A stretch of 64,000 nt of DNA from a bacterium (GTDB taxonomy: Bacteria > Krumholzibacteriota > Krumholzibacteriia > LZORAL124-64-63). Under the pieces are notes generated by a model. That model was not told the origin of the DNA, searched no databases, and saw only the letters and a program-made list of their open reading frames with translations. Location of the stretch: positions 16,932 through 80,931 of the forward strand of contig PIVY01000001.1 of NCBI GenBank assembly GCA_003353795.1. The letters run 5' to 3'. Shown piece by piece: positions 27,994 to 35,498 of the stretch. Both the position numbers and the translations under genes were made by a program. Every line of letters starts with the position of its first letter. Position 1 is the stretch's first letter.

Positions 27994-29816
27994 ACATTCT
28001 CGGCATCAGCGCTTACTACCACGACAGCGCCGCGTGCTTGCTCCAGGACGGCCGGCTGGTGGCAGCGGCCCAGGAGGAACGGTTCACCCGGCGCAAGCAC
28101 GACGCCGCCTTCCCGCGCCACGCCCTGCGCTACTGCCTCGCCGAGGGAGGCGTCAGTAGGGACGCGGTGGATGCGGTGGTCTTCTATGACAAGCCCGTCA
28201 CCAAGTTCGTGCGCATCCTGAAGACCGCCTTCGCGGTGGCGCCGCGCGGCCTGCCCACATTCGTCCAGGCCGTGCCCACCTGGATGCGCCGCAAGCTGTG
28301 GATCCCCGCCGAGATCGCCACCGAGCTGGATCGGGCCGGCGCCGGCCGCTGCGGGCGCGTGCTCTTCACCGAGCACCACGAGGCACACGCCGCGAGCGCC
28401 TTCTTCGCGTCGCCGTTCGAGAACGCCGCCATCCTCACCCTGGACGGCGTGGGCGAGTGGGCCACGTCCAGCCTGAGCGCCGGCCGCGGCAACCGCCTGC
28501 GCCTCCTCGAGGAGATCCACTTCCCGCACTCCCTGGGCCTGCTCTACTCGGCCTTCACCTACTTCTGCGGCTTCCGGGTCAACAGCGGCGAGTACAAGCT
28601 CATGGGCCTGGCGCCCTACGGCGAGCCCCGCTACGAGCACACCATCCGCGAGCACCTCATCGACCTGCGCGAGGACGGCAGCTTCCGCCTGAATCTCGAT
28701 TACTTCGATTATCTCGGCGGCCTGCGCATGACCAACGCGCGCTTCGCCGACCTCTTCGACGGTCCGCCGCGCACCGCCGAGTCGGCCCTCACCCGTCGCG
28801 AGTGCGACCTCGCCCGCAGCATCCAGGCCGTCACCGAGGACGCGGTCCTGCGCATGGCCCGGCATGCCCACCGCGCCACGGGCGACCGGCGGCTCTGCCT
28901 CGCCGGCGGTGTCGCGCTCAACTGCGTGGCCAATGGTCGGGTGCTGCGCGAGGGGCCCTTCGACGAGCTCTGGATCCAGCCCGCGGCGGGCGATGCCGGC
29001 GGCGCCGTGGGGGCGGCCCTCCATGCCTGGCATCAACTCGAGGGCGGCGACCGGGTGCTCGACGGCCAGGACCGCATGGCCGGCGCCTACCTCGGCCCCG
29101 CATTCTCCGACGCCGACATCGCCGCCTGGCTCGACGCCCGCGACTATTCCTACACGACCCTCGGCGCTGGGGAACTCGAGCGAGACGCGGCTCGTCGCAT
29201 CGCGGCCGGGGAGGTCGTCGGACTGTTCCAGGGACGCATGGAGTTCGGCCCGCGCGCCCTGGGCAACCGGTCCATCGTGGGCGACGCGCGGTCGCCACGC
29301 ATGCAGTCGGTGCTCAATCTGAAGATCAAGTACCGCGAGAGCTTCCGCCCCTTCGCCCCGTCGGTGCTGGCCGAGCGCGCCCACGAATGCTTCGACCTCG
29401 ACGCGCCCTCGCCCTACATGCTGCTCACCGCGCCGGTGGCTCGCGAGCGCTGGACCGAGACCAAGGACGAGCCCTTCGACGACATCATCGCCACCGTGAA
29501 CCAGGTGCGGTCGGACATTCCGGCTGTGACCCACGTGGACCAGTCGGCCCGCATCCAGACCGTGCATGCGGAGACCAATCCCCGCTACCATCGCATCATC
29601 AGCGAGTTCGCGGAACTCACCGGCTGTCCCACGGTCATCAACACCAGCTTCAACGTGCGCGGCGAGCCCATCGTCTGCACGCCCAGCGACGCCTACCGCT
29701 GCTTCATGCGCACCGAGATGGACACGCTCGTCCTCGGCAACCATGTTCTGGAGAAGAGCGCCCAGCCGGCCTGGAACGAGGACGGCGACTGGCGCGACGA
29801 TCTGCCTCTCGACTGA
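27990..29816 (+). CDS. NodU/CmcH-family carbamoyltransferase
   Basis: VNILGISAYYHDSAACLLQDGRLVAAAQEERFTRRKHD, FTEHHEAHAASAF, LAGGVALNCVANG, GRMEFGPRALGNRSI, VINTSFNVRGEPIV. GGAGG lies 9 nt before GTG 27990. Confidence 0.92.
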   Translation: MNILGISAYYHDSAACLLQDGRLVAAAQEERFTRRKHDAAFPRHALRYCLAEGGVSRDAVDAVVFYDKPVTKFVRILKTAFAVAPRGLPTFVQAVPTWMRRKLWIPAEIATELDRAGAGRCGRVLFTEHHEAHAASAFFASPFENAAILTLDGVGEWATSSLSAGRGNRLRLLEEIHFPHSLGLLYSAFTYFCGFRVNSGEYKLMGLAPYGEPRYEHTIREHLIDLREDGSFRLNLDYFDYLGGLRMTNARFADLFDGPPRTAESALTRRECDLARSIQAVTEDAVLRMARHAHRATGDRRLCLAGGVALNCVANGRVLREGPFDELWIQPAAGDAGGAVGAALHAWHQLEGGDRVLDGQDRMAGAYLGPAFSDADIAAWLDARDYSYTTLGAGELERDAARRIAAGEVVGLFQGRMEFGPRALGNRSIVGDARSPRMQSVLNLKIKYRESFRPFAPSVLAERAHECFDLDAPSPYMLLTAPVARERWTETKDEPFDDIIATVNQVRSDIPAVTHVDQSARIQTVHAETNPRYHRIISEFAELTGCPTVINTSFNVRGEPIVCTPSDAYRCFMRTEMDTLVLGNHVLEKSAQPAWNEDGDWRDDLPLD

Positions 29817-29840
29817 CGGCGCTACGAGGAGACCACCCGC

Positions 29841-30005
29841 ATGCACTACCTGCGCTACCTGGGACGCCTGCTCGCCGAAATCGGCGCCTACGCCCGGCGC
29901 AACAAGGCGTGGTGGTTGGTGCCGCTGGTGATCGTGATGCTGGTGCTGGGGCTCTTGATCGTCACGGGACAGGCGGCGGCGCCGTTCATCTACACGCTGT
30001 TCTAG
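29841..30005 (+). CDS. 54-aa DUF5989/SxtK-like small membrane protein (not in the ORF track)
   Basis: ATG 29841 is preceded by GAGGAG (29826-29831). MHYLRYLGRLLAEIGAYARRNKAWWLVPLVIVMLVLGLLIVTGQAAAPFIYTLF-stop. One TM helix and a terminal 'APFIYTLF', as in DUF5989 proteins that follow carbamoyltransferases. Confidence 0.7.
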   Translation: MHYLRYLGRLLAEIGAYARRNKAWWLVPLVIVMLVLGLLIVTGQAAAPFIYTLF

Positions 30006-30086
30006 ACCGGGTATGATGTCCTGGAATCTGGTATCATTGACGTCTCCGTCGAGCGATTCTTGCGAACACATCCTGAGGGGGAGACC

Positions 30087-30920
30087 ATGATTCGCCACAA
30101 ACTGTTTCTCTACCTGTTCATTCTTGCCGCGCCGGTCCTGTGGCTGACCGGTTGTTCCGACGAAGATTCCGTCGCCCCTACGGAAGAGTTCGCCATCGAC
30201 ATCACGGTCCTCGATGCGGCGGGACAGCCCCTGGCCGACCGGTCGGTGATCGTGATGCCCTTGCTGCCGCCCGGCGTCCTTCAGGATGACCTGCAGGCGG
30301 CGATGCCGTCGGCGGTGCAGATTCCCTTCCAGGTGCCCGATCCCTGCCTCGTCGATCTGGAGATCCGCGACGTCGCGGGCGCCACGGTCCGCATGCTCCT
30401 CTCCGGCGACGAGGCGCCGGCGGGTCAGCACACCGTTGTCTGGAACGGACAGGACGACGCGGAGGTCGACCGATACACAGGCTGGTACGCCGCGGTGCTC
30501 ACCTGTCGGGATGCCACCACCGGCGAGGTGCTGTTCACCGACGCGCGCGACATGCTGATGGCCACCGTGGACTTCGACCGCACCGAGTTCCGCACCGACT
30601 CGGACGGCAAGCTGACCATCACCGACCGCCGCGTGGTGCCGGGTTTCTGGGACGTGCCGGAGATGCGATTCACCGACGAGAACGGCAACCTGACCGGGCT
30701 GCACACGTTCACACGCTGGACCCAGATCCGGGCTGCCGGCGACCGGGTAGAGTTCGAGGCGGTCGACGGGCGGCAGAGCTACACGCTACAACAACCGACA
30801 CTGAATCTGGACGCGCCCGCCGGCGCGACCGCTGCGGCGATCACGAGCAGTCTCGTGGACGTGCCGCCCGTGGACGGCGAATTCGAACTCGGGAATCCCC
30901 GCCCGAACCCGTTCAACTGA
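30087..30920 (+). CDS. lipoprotein with internal FlgD-Ig-like domain, ending in PNPFN (one-module paralogue)
   Basis: GAGGGGGAG precedes ATG 30087. Lipobox LWLTGCSDE. VDLEIRDVAGATVRMLLSGDEAPAGQHTVVWNGQDD...GWYAAVL (FlgD-Ig-like). DGKLTITDRRVVPGFWDVPEMRFTDENGN. Last residues GNPRPNPFN. Confidence 0.75.
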   Translation: MIRHKLFLYLFILAAPVLWLTGCSDEDSVAPTEEFAIDITVLDAAGQPLADRSVIVMPLLPPGVLQDDLQAAMPSAVQIPFQVPDPCLVDLEIRDVAGATVRMLLSGDEAPAGQHTVVWNGQDDAEVDRYTGWYAAVLTCRDATTGEVLFTDARDMLMATVDFDRTEFRTDSDGKLTITDRRVVPGFWDVPEMRFTDENGNLTGLHTFTRWTQIRAAGDRVEFEAVDGRQSYTLQQPTLNLDAPAGATAAAITSSLVDVPPVDGEFELGNPRPNPFN

Positions 30921-31000
30921 CGCGGTCCGGTTGATCCGACTGTGTGTGCGGAGTAGCCTTAGAGGTGCCAACGAACCTGTATCCTGGAGGGGGATCCAAG

Positions 31001-32467
31001 TTGCGTCCATCATCTGCACTCGTCTTGCCCATCTGTGTTCTCGCCTTGGCGCTGCTGACCGGCTGCAGCGACGACGACCCGCCCACCGGCCCGGCCCCGG
31101 AGTTTTCACTCGCGCTCACGGTGACGCACCTCGACGGCAGTCCCGCCGCCGGCGTCCGGGTGGCCGGCATGCCCGTTCTCGCGAACTGGATGGCGCCCGC
31201 CGAGCCCCCAGTGGAGGGCGGCGCCGCGCCGTGGCGGCGCATTCGGGTCGGATTCGACATGCTGGCCAACGGTTTTGCCAAGGTCACGGTCATCGACGTG
31301 GCCGGCGACGAGGTGCGTACGCTTCTTTCCGCACCCATTCCATCGGGCGTTCACCTGGTCGAGTGGGACGGCCTCGACGACGACGGCCAGCCGCTGCCCG
31401 GCGGTTGGTACGACGTGCATATCGTGCTCACCTGGAGCGACACCGCCGGTCGCAGCTCCGATGTTCCGGTGCTGCTCGAGGTGTGCGATCCCGACTGGCA
31501 CTCGCTGGGCACGACCGGCCCGGACGGGCGCCTCGTCATCGATGACCGGCGCCTGGTGCCGGCGTTCTTCGACTGCGAGCAGGTCGGCGGCATGGAGTTC
31601 ACCACCGAGACCCTGCTGCGGCTGGAGAACCAGTACGGCGACGGTCAGTATGTGAGCTTCGACGCCGCCGACGCGGAGATCGACCTGGATGCAGTGTGGA
31701 ATCCGGAGTTTGAGACGTTCCGGTTCGAGATGCTGGTAGTGGACCAGGCCGGCGACCCATTGGAAGGAGTCGCCGTCGGCTCCCTGCCGGCCTTGCCCGA
31801 ATCGGTCTGGCCGTGGCCGCCCAACAATGAGCCCACGCGCTCCCGGGTCGCCATTCCGTTCGAGTTGACCGAGCCGCTTCCGGTGCGGATCCATATCCAG
31901 GACGTGACCGGCGCGGTGATCCGCGATCTTCCGCTCGGCCATCTCGCTGCCGGGGAGCACCGGGCGATCTGGGACGGCCGCGACGAGAGCGGAATCACCA
32001 CACGAAGCGGGTGGTACGAGGTCGTGATCCTGTTCTCGGAGTACGGCGGCGATCCCTACTGGACCGCTGTCGATTCGGCGGGGGTGGTGCACGTTCCCTT
32101 CGACACGGGTCACGTATCGCTGGGCGAGACCGACGCCGACGGTCGCCTCGTGATCACGGATCGCCGCCTGGTCCCTGCGCTGTGGGACCTGCCCGCCGTC
32201 ACGTTCCGGGACGAGAACGGCGACGACATCGGGACCTACGAATTGACGACCACGACCTGGCTCAACTGCCGCAGTGATGTCTCCGGCGGCGCGTGGGCAG
32301 TGGTGGAGGCCGTGGACGGTGCTCAGGCCGTTCCGGTGTCCCTTTTGCCGCCGGATGGGCACCGCGCACCTTCCGGTGGAACCATGGTGGTCGACAAGGG
32401 AGACGGGCCGGACAACCCGCCGCCTCCGATCTCGCTCGGCGGGCCGTTTCCCAACCCGTTCAACTAG
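31001..32467 (+). CDS. lipoprotein, two-module paralogue of 30087-30920, ending in PNPFN
   Basis: TTG 31001 lies 7 nt after GGAGGGGG (an ATG at 30944 is possible but lacks an RBS). Lipobox ALLTGCSDD. Two copies of the Ig-like block plus the 'DGRLVIxDRRLVPAxxD' block. Last residues GGPFPNPFN. Confidence 0.7.
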   Translation: MRPSSALVLPICVLALALLTGCSDDDPPTGPAPEFSLALTVTHLDGSPAAGVRVAGMPVLANWMAPAEPPVEGGAAPWRRIRVGFDMLANGFAKVTVIDVAGDEVRTLLSAPIPSGVHLVEWDGLDDDGQPLPGGWYDVHIVLTWSDTAGRSSDVPVLLEVCDPDWHSLGTTGPDGRLVIDDRRLVPAFFDCEQVGGMEFTTETLLRLENQYGDGQYVSFDAADAEIDLDAVWNPEFETFRFEMLVVDQAGDPLEGVAVGSLPALPESVWPWPPNNEPTRSRVAIPFELTEPLPVRIHIQDVTGAVIRDLPLGHLAAGEHRAIWDGRDESGITTRSGWYEVVILFSEYGGDPYWTAVDSAGVVHVPFDTGHVSLGETDADGRLVITDRRLVPALWDLPAVTFRDENGDDIGTYELTTTTWLNCRSDVSGGAWAVVEAVDGAQAVPVSLLPPDGHRAPSGGTMVVDKGDGPDNPPPPISLGGPFPNPFN

Positions 32468-32481
32468 TCGGAGTTGGATTC

Positions 32482-32514
32482 AGCAAGCCGCCGGCAGAAC
32501 GCCGGCGGCTTGCT
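32482..32514 (+). terminator. intrinsic terminator after the second lipoprotein gene
   Basis: AGCAAGCCGCCGGC-agaac-GCCGGCGGCTTGCT (14-bp perfect stem) followed by GTTT, 15 nt after stop 32467. Confidence 0.6.
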
Positions 32515-32561
32515 GTTTCCCCACAGGTTGACGACATTGCGGCCTCCCTCTAGGAGGCCCC

Positions 32562-33773
32562 GTGACCCCGCAGCAACGCACAGACTTCCGCCGCATGCTC
32601 CTGGCCAGCGTCGCTTTCGGCGCCACGGCGGGCATCTTCAATTCCACCCTCGGCAACTACCTCCACGACGTGCACGCCTTCGGCGCCGAGGCTCGCGGCT
32701 GGCTAGAGTTCCCGCGCGAGCTTCCGGGTTTCCTCGTCCTCTTCACGGTAGGGCTGCTGGCCGCACGCTTCCGCGAGGGTCGCACCATGGCGGTGGCCAT
32801 GGCGGTGACGGCCATCGGCGCTGTCGGCATGGCGTTGCTGGCGCCCTCGTCGGCGCTGGTGGTGTTCTGGATCTTCATCTGGTCCACGGGCGACCACATG
32901 AACTTCGCGCTCGAAGGCCCGCTCGGGCTCAAGCTCGCCAAGCAGGGGGGCGAAGGCCGGCGCCTCGGCCAGTTCGGCGGCGCCAAGAATCTCGGCGGCT
33001 TGCTGGGGGCGGGCTCGGTCTTCCTGATCGCGCGCTGGCTGGGCGACGACTACACCGTGTTCTTCCTGGTCGCCGCCGTGCTGGCCGCCATCGCCGGCAT
33101 CAACTACGGACGCATCGAGACCGGTCGCCGCGATCCGGCGCCGCGCCGCTTCGTATGGCGCCGGGAATACCACATCTTCTACGCCATCAGCGCTCTGTTC
33201 GGTATCCGCAAGCAGATCTTCTTCGTCTTCGGAACCTGGGTGCTGGTGGACATCCACCAGGTGCCTGTCTCCACCATCGCGACACTCATGTTCCTGGGGT
33301 CGGGGCTGGGGGTGGTTCTGCGCCCGCTCCTGGGTGACGTCATCGACTGGCTGGGCGAACGCACGGTGCTCGCGGCCGACGAGATCGTACTCATCCTGGT
33401 CTGTCTCGTGTACGCCTTCGCCGGTCTGATATTCCCGGCCGGCGCCGTGGTCTGGGCGCTCTATGCCGCCTACGTGCTGGACCACACCCTCTTCGCCCTG
33501 CGCGTGGCGCGCACCACCTACCTCAAGAAGATCGCCGTCGACCCTGCCGACATCACGCCTACCATGAGCGTGGGCCTGACCATCGATCACGCGGTGGCCA
33601 TGACGCTGCCCATCTTCTCCGGCTGGTTGTGGGTGAACGTCGGCTACCAGTGGGTATTCGTCATGGCGGCGGCCATCGCCCTGGCGGGATTCTTCGTCTG
33701 CCTCAGGATCCGCGTTCCTCGGTCGACGGTGGTAGCATCGCCCGCACCGCCTCCAGCAGCGCCGGGGGCGTGA
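32562..33773 (+). CDS. MFS-type transporter (about 12 TM)
   Basis: GTG 32562 follows AGGAGG (32553-32558). About 12 hydrophobic helices with short charged loops. Substrate unknown. Confidence 0.7.
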   Translation: MTPQQRTDFRRMLLASVAFGATAGIFNSTLGNYLHDVHAFGAEARGWLEFPRELPGFLVLFTVGLLAARFREGRTMAVAMAVTAIGAVGMALLAPSSALVVFWIFIWSTGDHMNFALEGPLGLKLAKQGGEGRRLGQFGGAKNLGGLLGAGSVFLIARWLGDDYTVFFLVAAVLAAIAGINYGRIETGRRDPAPRRFVWRREYHIFYAISALFGIRKQIFFVFGTWVLVDIHQVPVSTIATLMFLGSGLGVVLRPLLGDVIDWLGERTVLAADEIVLILVCLVYAFAGLIFPAGAVVWALYAAYVLDHTLFALRVARTTYLKKIAVDPADITPTMSVGLTIDHAVAMTLPIFSGWLWVNVGYQWVFVMAAAIALAGFFVCLRIRVPRSTVVASPAPPPAAPGA

Positions 33774-35214
33774 ACGGTTTGGCCAGCCAGGGAGTCTCGC
33801 TGTCGATTCCGCCGAGGGCTTCGTAGTCCTTGCTGGCGTGACCGCTGATCACCAGGAGCGGCAGGTCCGGGTGACGCCGTGCGATCTGCTCCCGCACGCG
33901 ACGTCCGTCCAGACCGGGTAGGGCCCAGTCGAGCACCACCGCGTCCAGGGGCTCGCCGCCGGCGATGACGGCCAGGGCGTCCACACCGTCCTCGCAACTG
34001 ACCACCTGATAGCCACCGGATCGTAGCACCCGCTCGCAGTAGTTGCGGATGTCGGGGTCGTCGTCGACCAGGAGCACCGTCTGGGTCGAGACGTGTTCGC
34101 CGGCGTCCGGCTCACCGGCCAGGATGTCGTCGACGAATCGTGCCGGCAGCAGTACGCGGAAGACGGCGCCTTGCCCGGGACGGCTCTCCGCCTCGATGCT
34201 GCCTTCGTGCTGGGTGACGATGCCGTGAGCCAGCGCCAGTCCGAGACCCGCACCGCCGTCGGTGGTGGTGAAGAAGGGCTCCAGGATCCGCTCGCGAGTG
34301 GCATGGTCGAAACCCGGACCCGTGTCCCGAACCTCGATGGTGATCCACGGGCGAGGCGGCGCCGAGGGCGGACCGTCGGGAACGGGATCGGCCGCGCGCA
34401 GACCGGTGGACACGGTGATCGAGCCGTCGCCGGCCACGGCCTCGAGGGCATTGGCAACCAGGGCGCTGACCACCCGCTCGATCTGGTGCGGATCAGCCCA
34501 GACGGTGGATCCACCTGCGCCGGGCCGATGCATCAGTTCCACGCCTGGTGGCAAGTTCTCGCGCGCGCCCGCCAGGGTCTCGGCGACGTGGAGATCGATG
34601 TCGAGGTCTTCGCGCTGCAACTCCAGGCGACCGGCGAGGGTGGCGAGCTGCGCCACCCGTTCGGCGGCGCGCGACAGCAGTGGAGACGGCTCGGGTTCCT
34701 CGCTGGACTGCAGATTCCCGTCCAGGTCGGCGACCAGGGAGTGGAAATCATCGAACACGCCGCCGGCCAGGCGCGCCACGGCTTCCATCTTCTGATTCTC
34801 GAGTCGGGATTGTTCCTGCAGCCGATCCCGCCGTTCGCGATCGCGCCGGCCGCCGATGTCCCGCGCCACGCCGAGCAGCTCGAGTGGCTGTCCGTCACTG
34901 TCCAGCAGAAGGCGGCTGTGGACCTCGAGCGGAATGAGCCGACCGTCGGCGTGCTTGATCCGCGTCTCGTGCACGAGCCCGGCCGTGCGGTCGCCCGACG
35001 CCAGGGCGGCGCTGAGCGTATCCCGCAGATGCTGGAGATCTTCGGCAGTGGTGTGATCGGAGAGGGAGCTGCCTACCAGGACGTTCGCCGGGATTCCAAA
35101 CATGGATTCGGCGACGGGGCTGACGTAGGTGATCCGCAAGTCCAGGTCCATGCGCCACACGCAGTCCAGGAGATGTTCGGCGGGGATCCGGTCTTGGCGG
35201 TGAGTACGCTCCAT
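33703..35214 (-). CDS. hybrid sensor histidine kinase (PAS - DHp - HATPase_c - receiver)
   Basis: PAS-like N-terminus (LDLRITYVSPVAESMFG). N box VVSALVANALEA, G1 VRDTGPGF, F/G2 EPFFTT...GAGLGLAL. Receiver domain VLLVDDDPDIRN...AVVLDWALPGLDG...LAKPF. ATG 35214 follows GGAAGGAAG. Confidence 0.85.
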   Translation of the reverse strand: MERTHRQDRIPAEHLLDCVWRMDLDLRITYVSPVAESMFGIPANVLVGSSLSDHTTAEDLQHLRDTLSAALASGDRTAGLVHETRIKHADGRLIPLEVHSRLLLDSDGQPLELLGVARDIGGRRDRERRDRLQEQSRLENQKMEAVARLAGGVFDDFHSLVADLDGNLQSSEEPEPSPLLSRAAERVAQLATLAGRLELQREDLDIDLHVAETLAGARENLPPGVELMHRPGAGGSTVWADPHQIERVVSALVANALEAVAGDGSITVSTGLRAADPVPDGPPSAPPRPWITIEVRDTGPGFDHATRERILEPFFTTTDGGAGLGLALAHGIVTQHEGSIEAESRPGQGAVFRVLLPARFVDDILAGEPDAGEHVSTQTVLLVDDDPDIRNYCERVLRSGGYQVVSCEDGVDALAVIAGGEPLDAVVLDWALPGLDGRRVREQIARRHPDLPLLVISGHASKDYEALGGIDSETPWLAKPFTPPALLEAVRAMLPPSTEERGS

Positions 35215-35372
35215 GGGCTTCCTTCCACAGCACAGTATACGGGATCGAAGTGGCACCGGCTGTCGAGGTCGCCGGCGCGGGCCGGCTCCAGCGCGATGAG
35301 AACCAGAAGGAGGATCACGAACGGGATCAGCGCTGCCATGATAACGGCATCGGGCTTGGGCAATCGGGACAT
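35073..35372 (-). CDS. possible small single-TM protein upstream of and overlapping the kinase start (or a frameshifted kinase N-terminus)
   Basis: GAGGAG lies 5 nt before ATG 35372. MSRLPKPDAVIMAALIPFVILLLVLIALEPARAGDLDSRCHFDPVYC has GC3-rich codons for about 45 codons. After that the frame runs over the kinase start in another frame and looks non-coding. Confidence 0.3.
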   Translation of the reverse strand: MSRLPKPDAVIMAALIPFVILLLVLIALEPARAGDLDSRCHFDPVYCAVEGSPWSVLTAKTGSPPNISWTACGAWTWTCGSPTSAPSPNPCLESRRTSW

Positions 35373-35498
35373 GCAGGCTCCTCGAGTGTTGCATTGACCA
35401 GCGAAAGCATGGCAGACCGGAACCGCTCTGTCGAGGTCTCGCTGAGATCTTGCTCACCGTCGGCGTGTGACCTAACGTGGTCGTCTGAGGAGGATTCC

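Noticed and set aside
30006-30086. The near-repeat GGTATGATG / GGTATCATTG and a TTGACG hexamer, considered as a promoter or operator for the lipoprotein genes.
   Set aside because: There is no acceptable -10 element at 16-18 nt spacing. The repeat is short and imperfect, which is too weak to call.
27264-30704. 1146-aa minus-strand ORF.
   Set aside because: It is antisense to the carbamoyltransferase cassette, whose plus-strand frames carry unmistakable family motifs. Its composition is low-complexity (G/A/R/V/E/H).
30918-31000. Possible stop-codon read-through or frameshift that would extend the first PNPFN-ending lipoprotein into a full sorting domain or fuse it with the next gene.
   Set aside because: The in-frame continuation hits TAG after 11 codons. 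I read no CTD-like 'PxTxIxYxL...' sequence downstream in the frames I checked. The next gene has its own RBS (GGAGGGGG) and lipoprotein signal.
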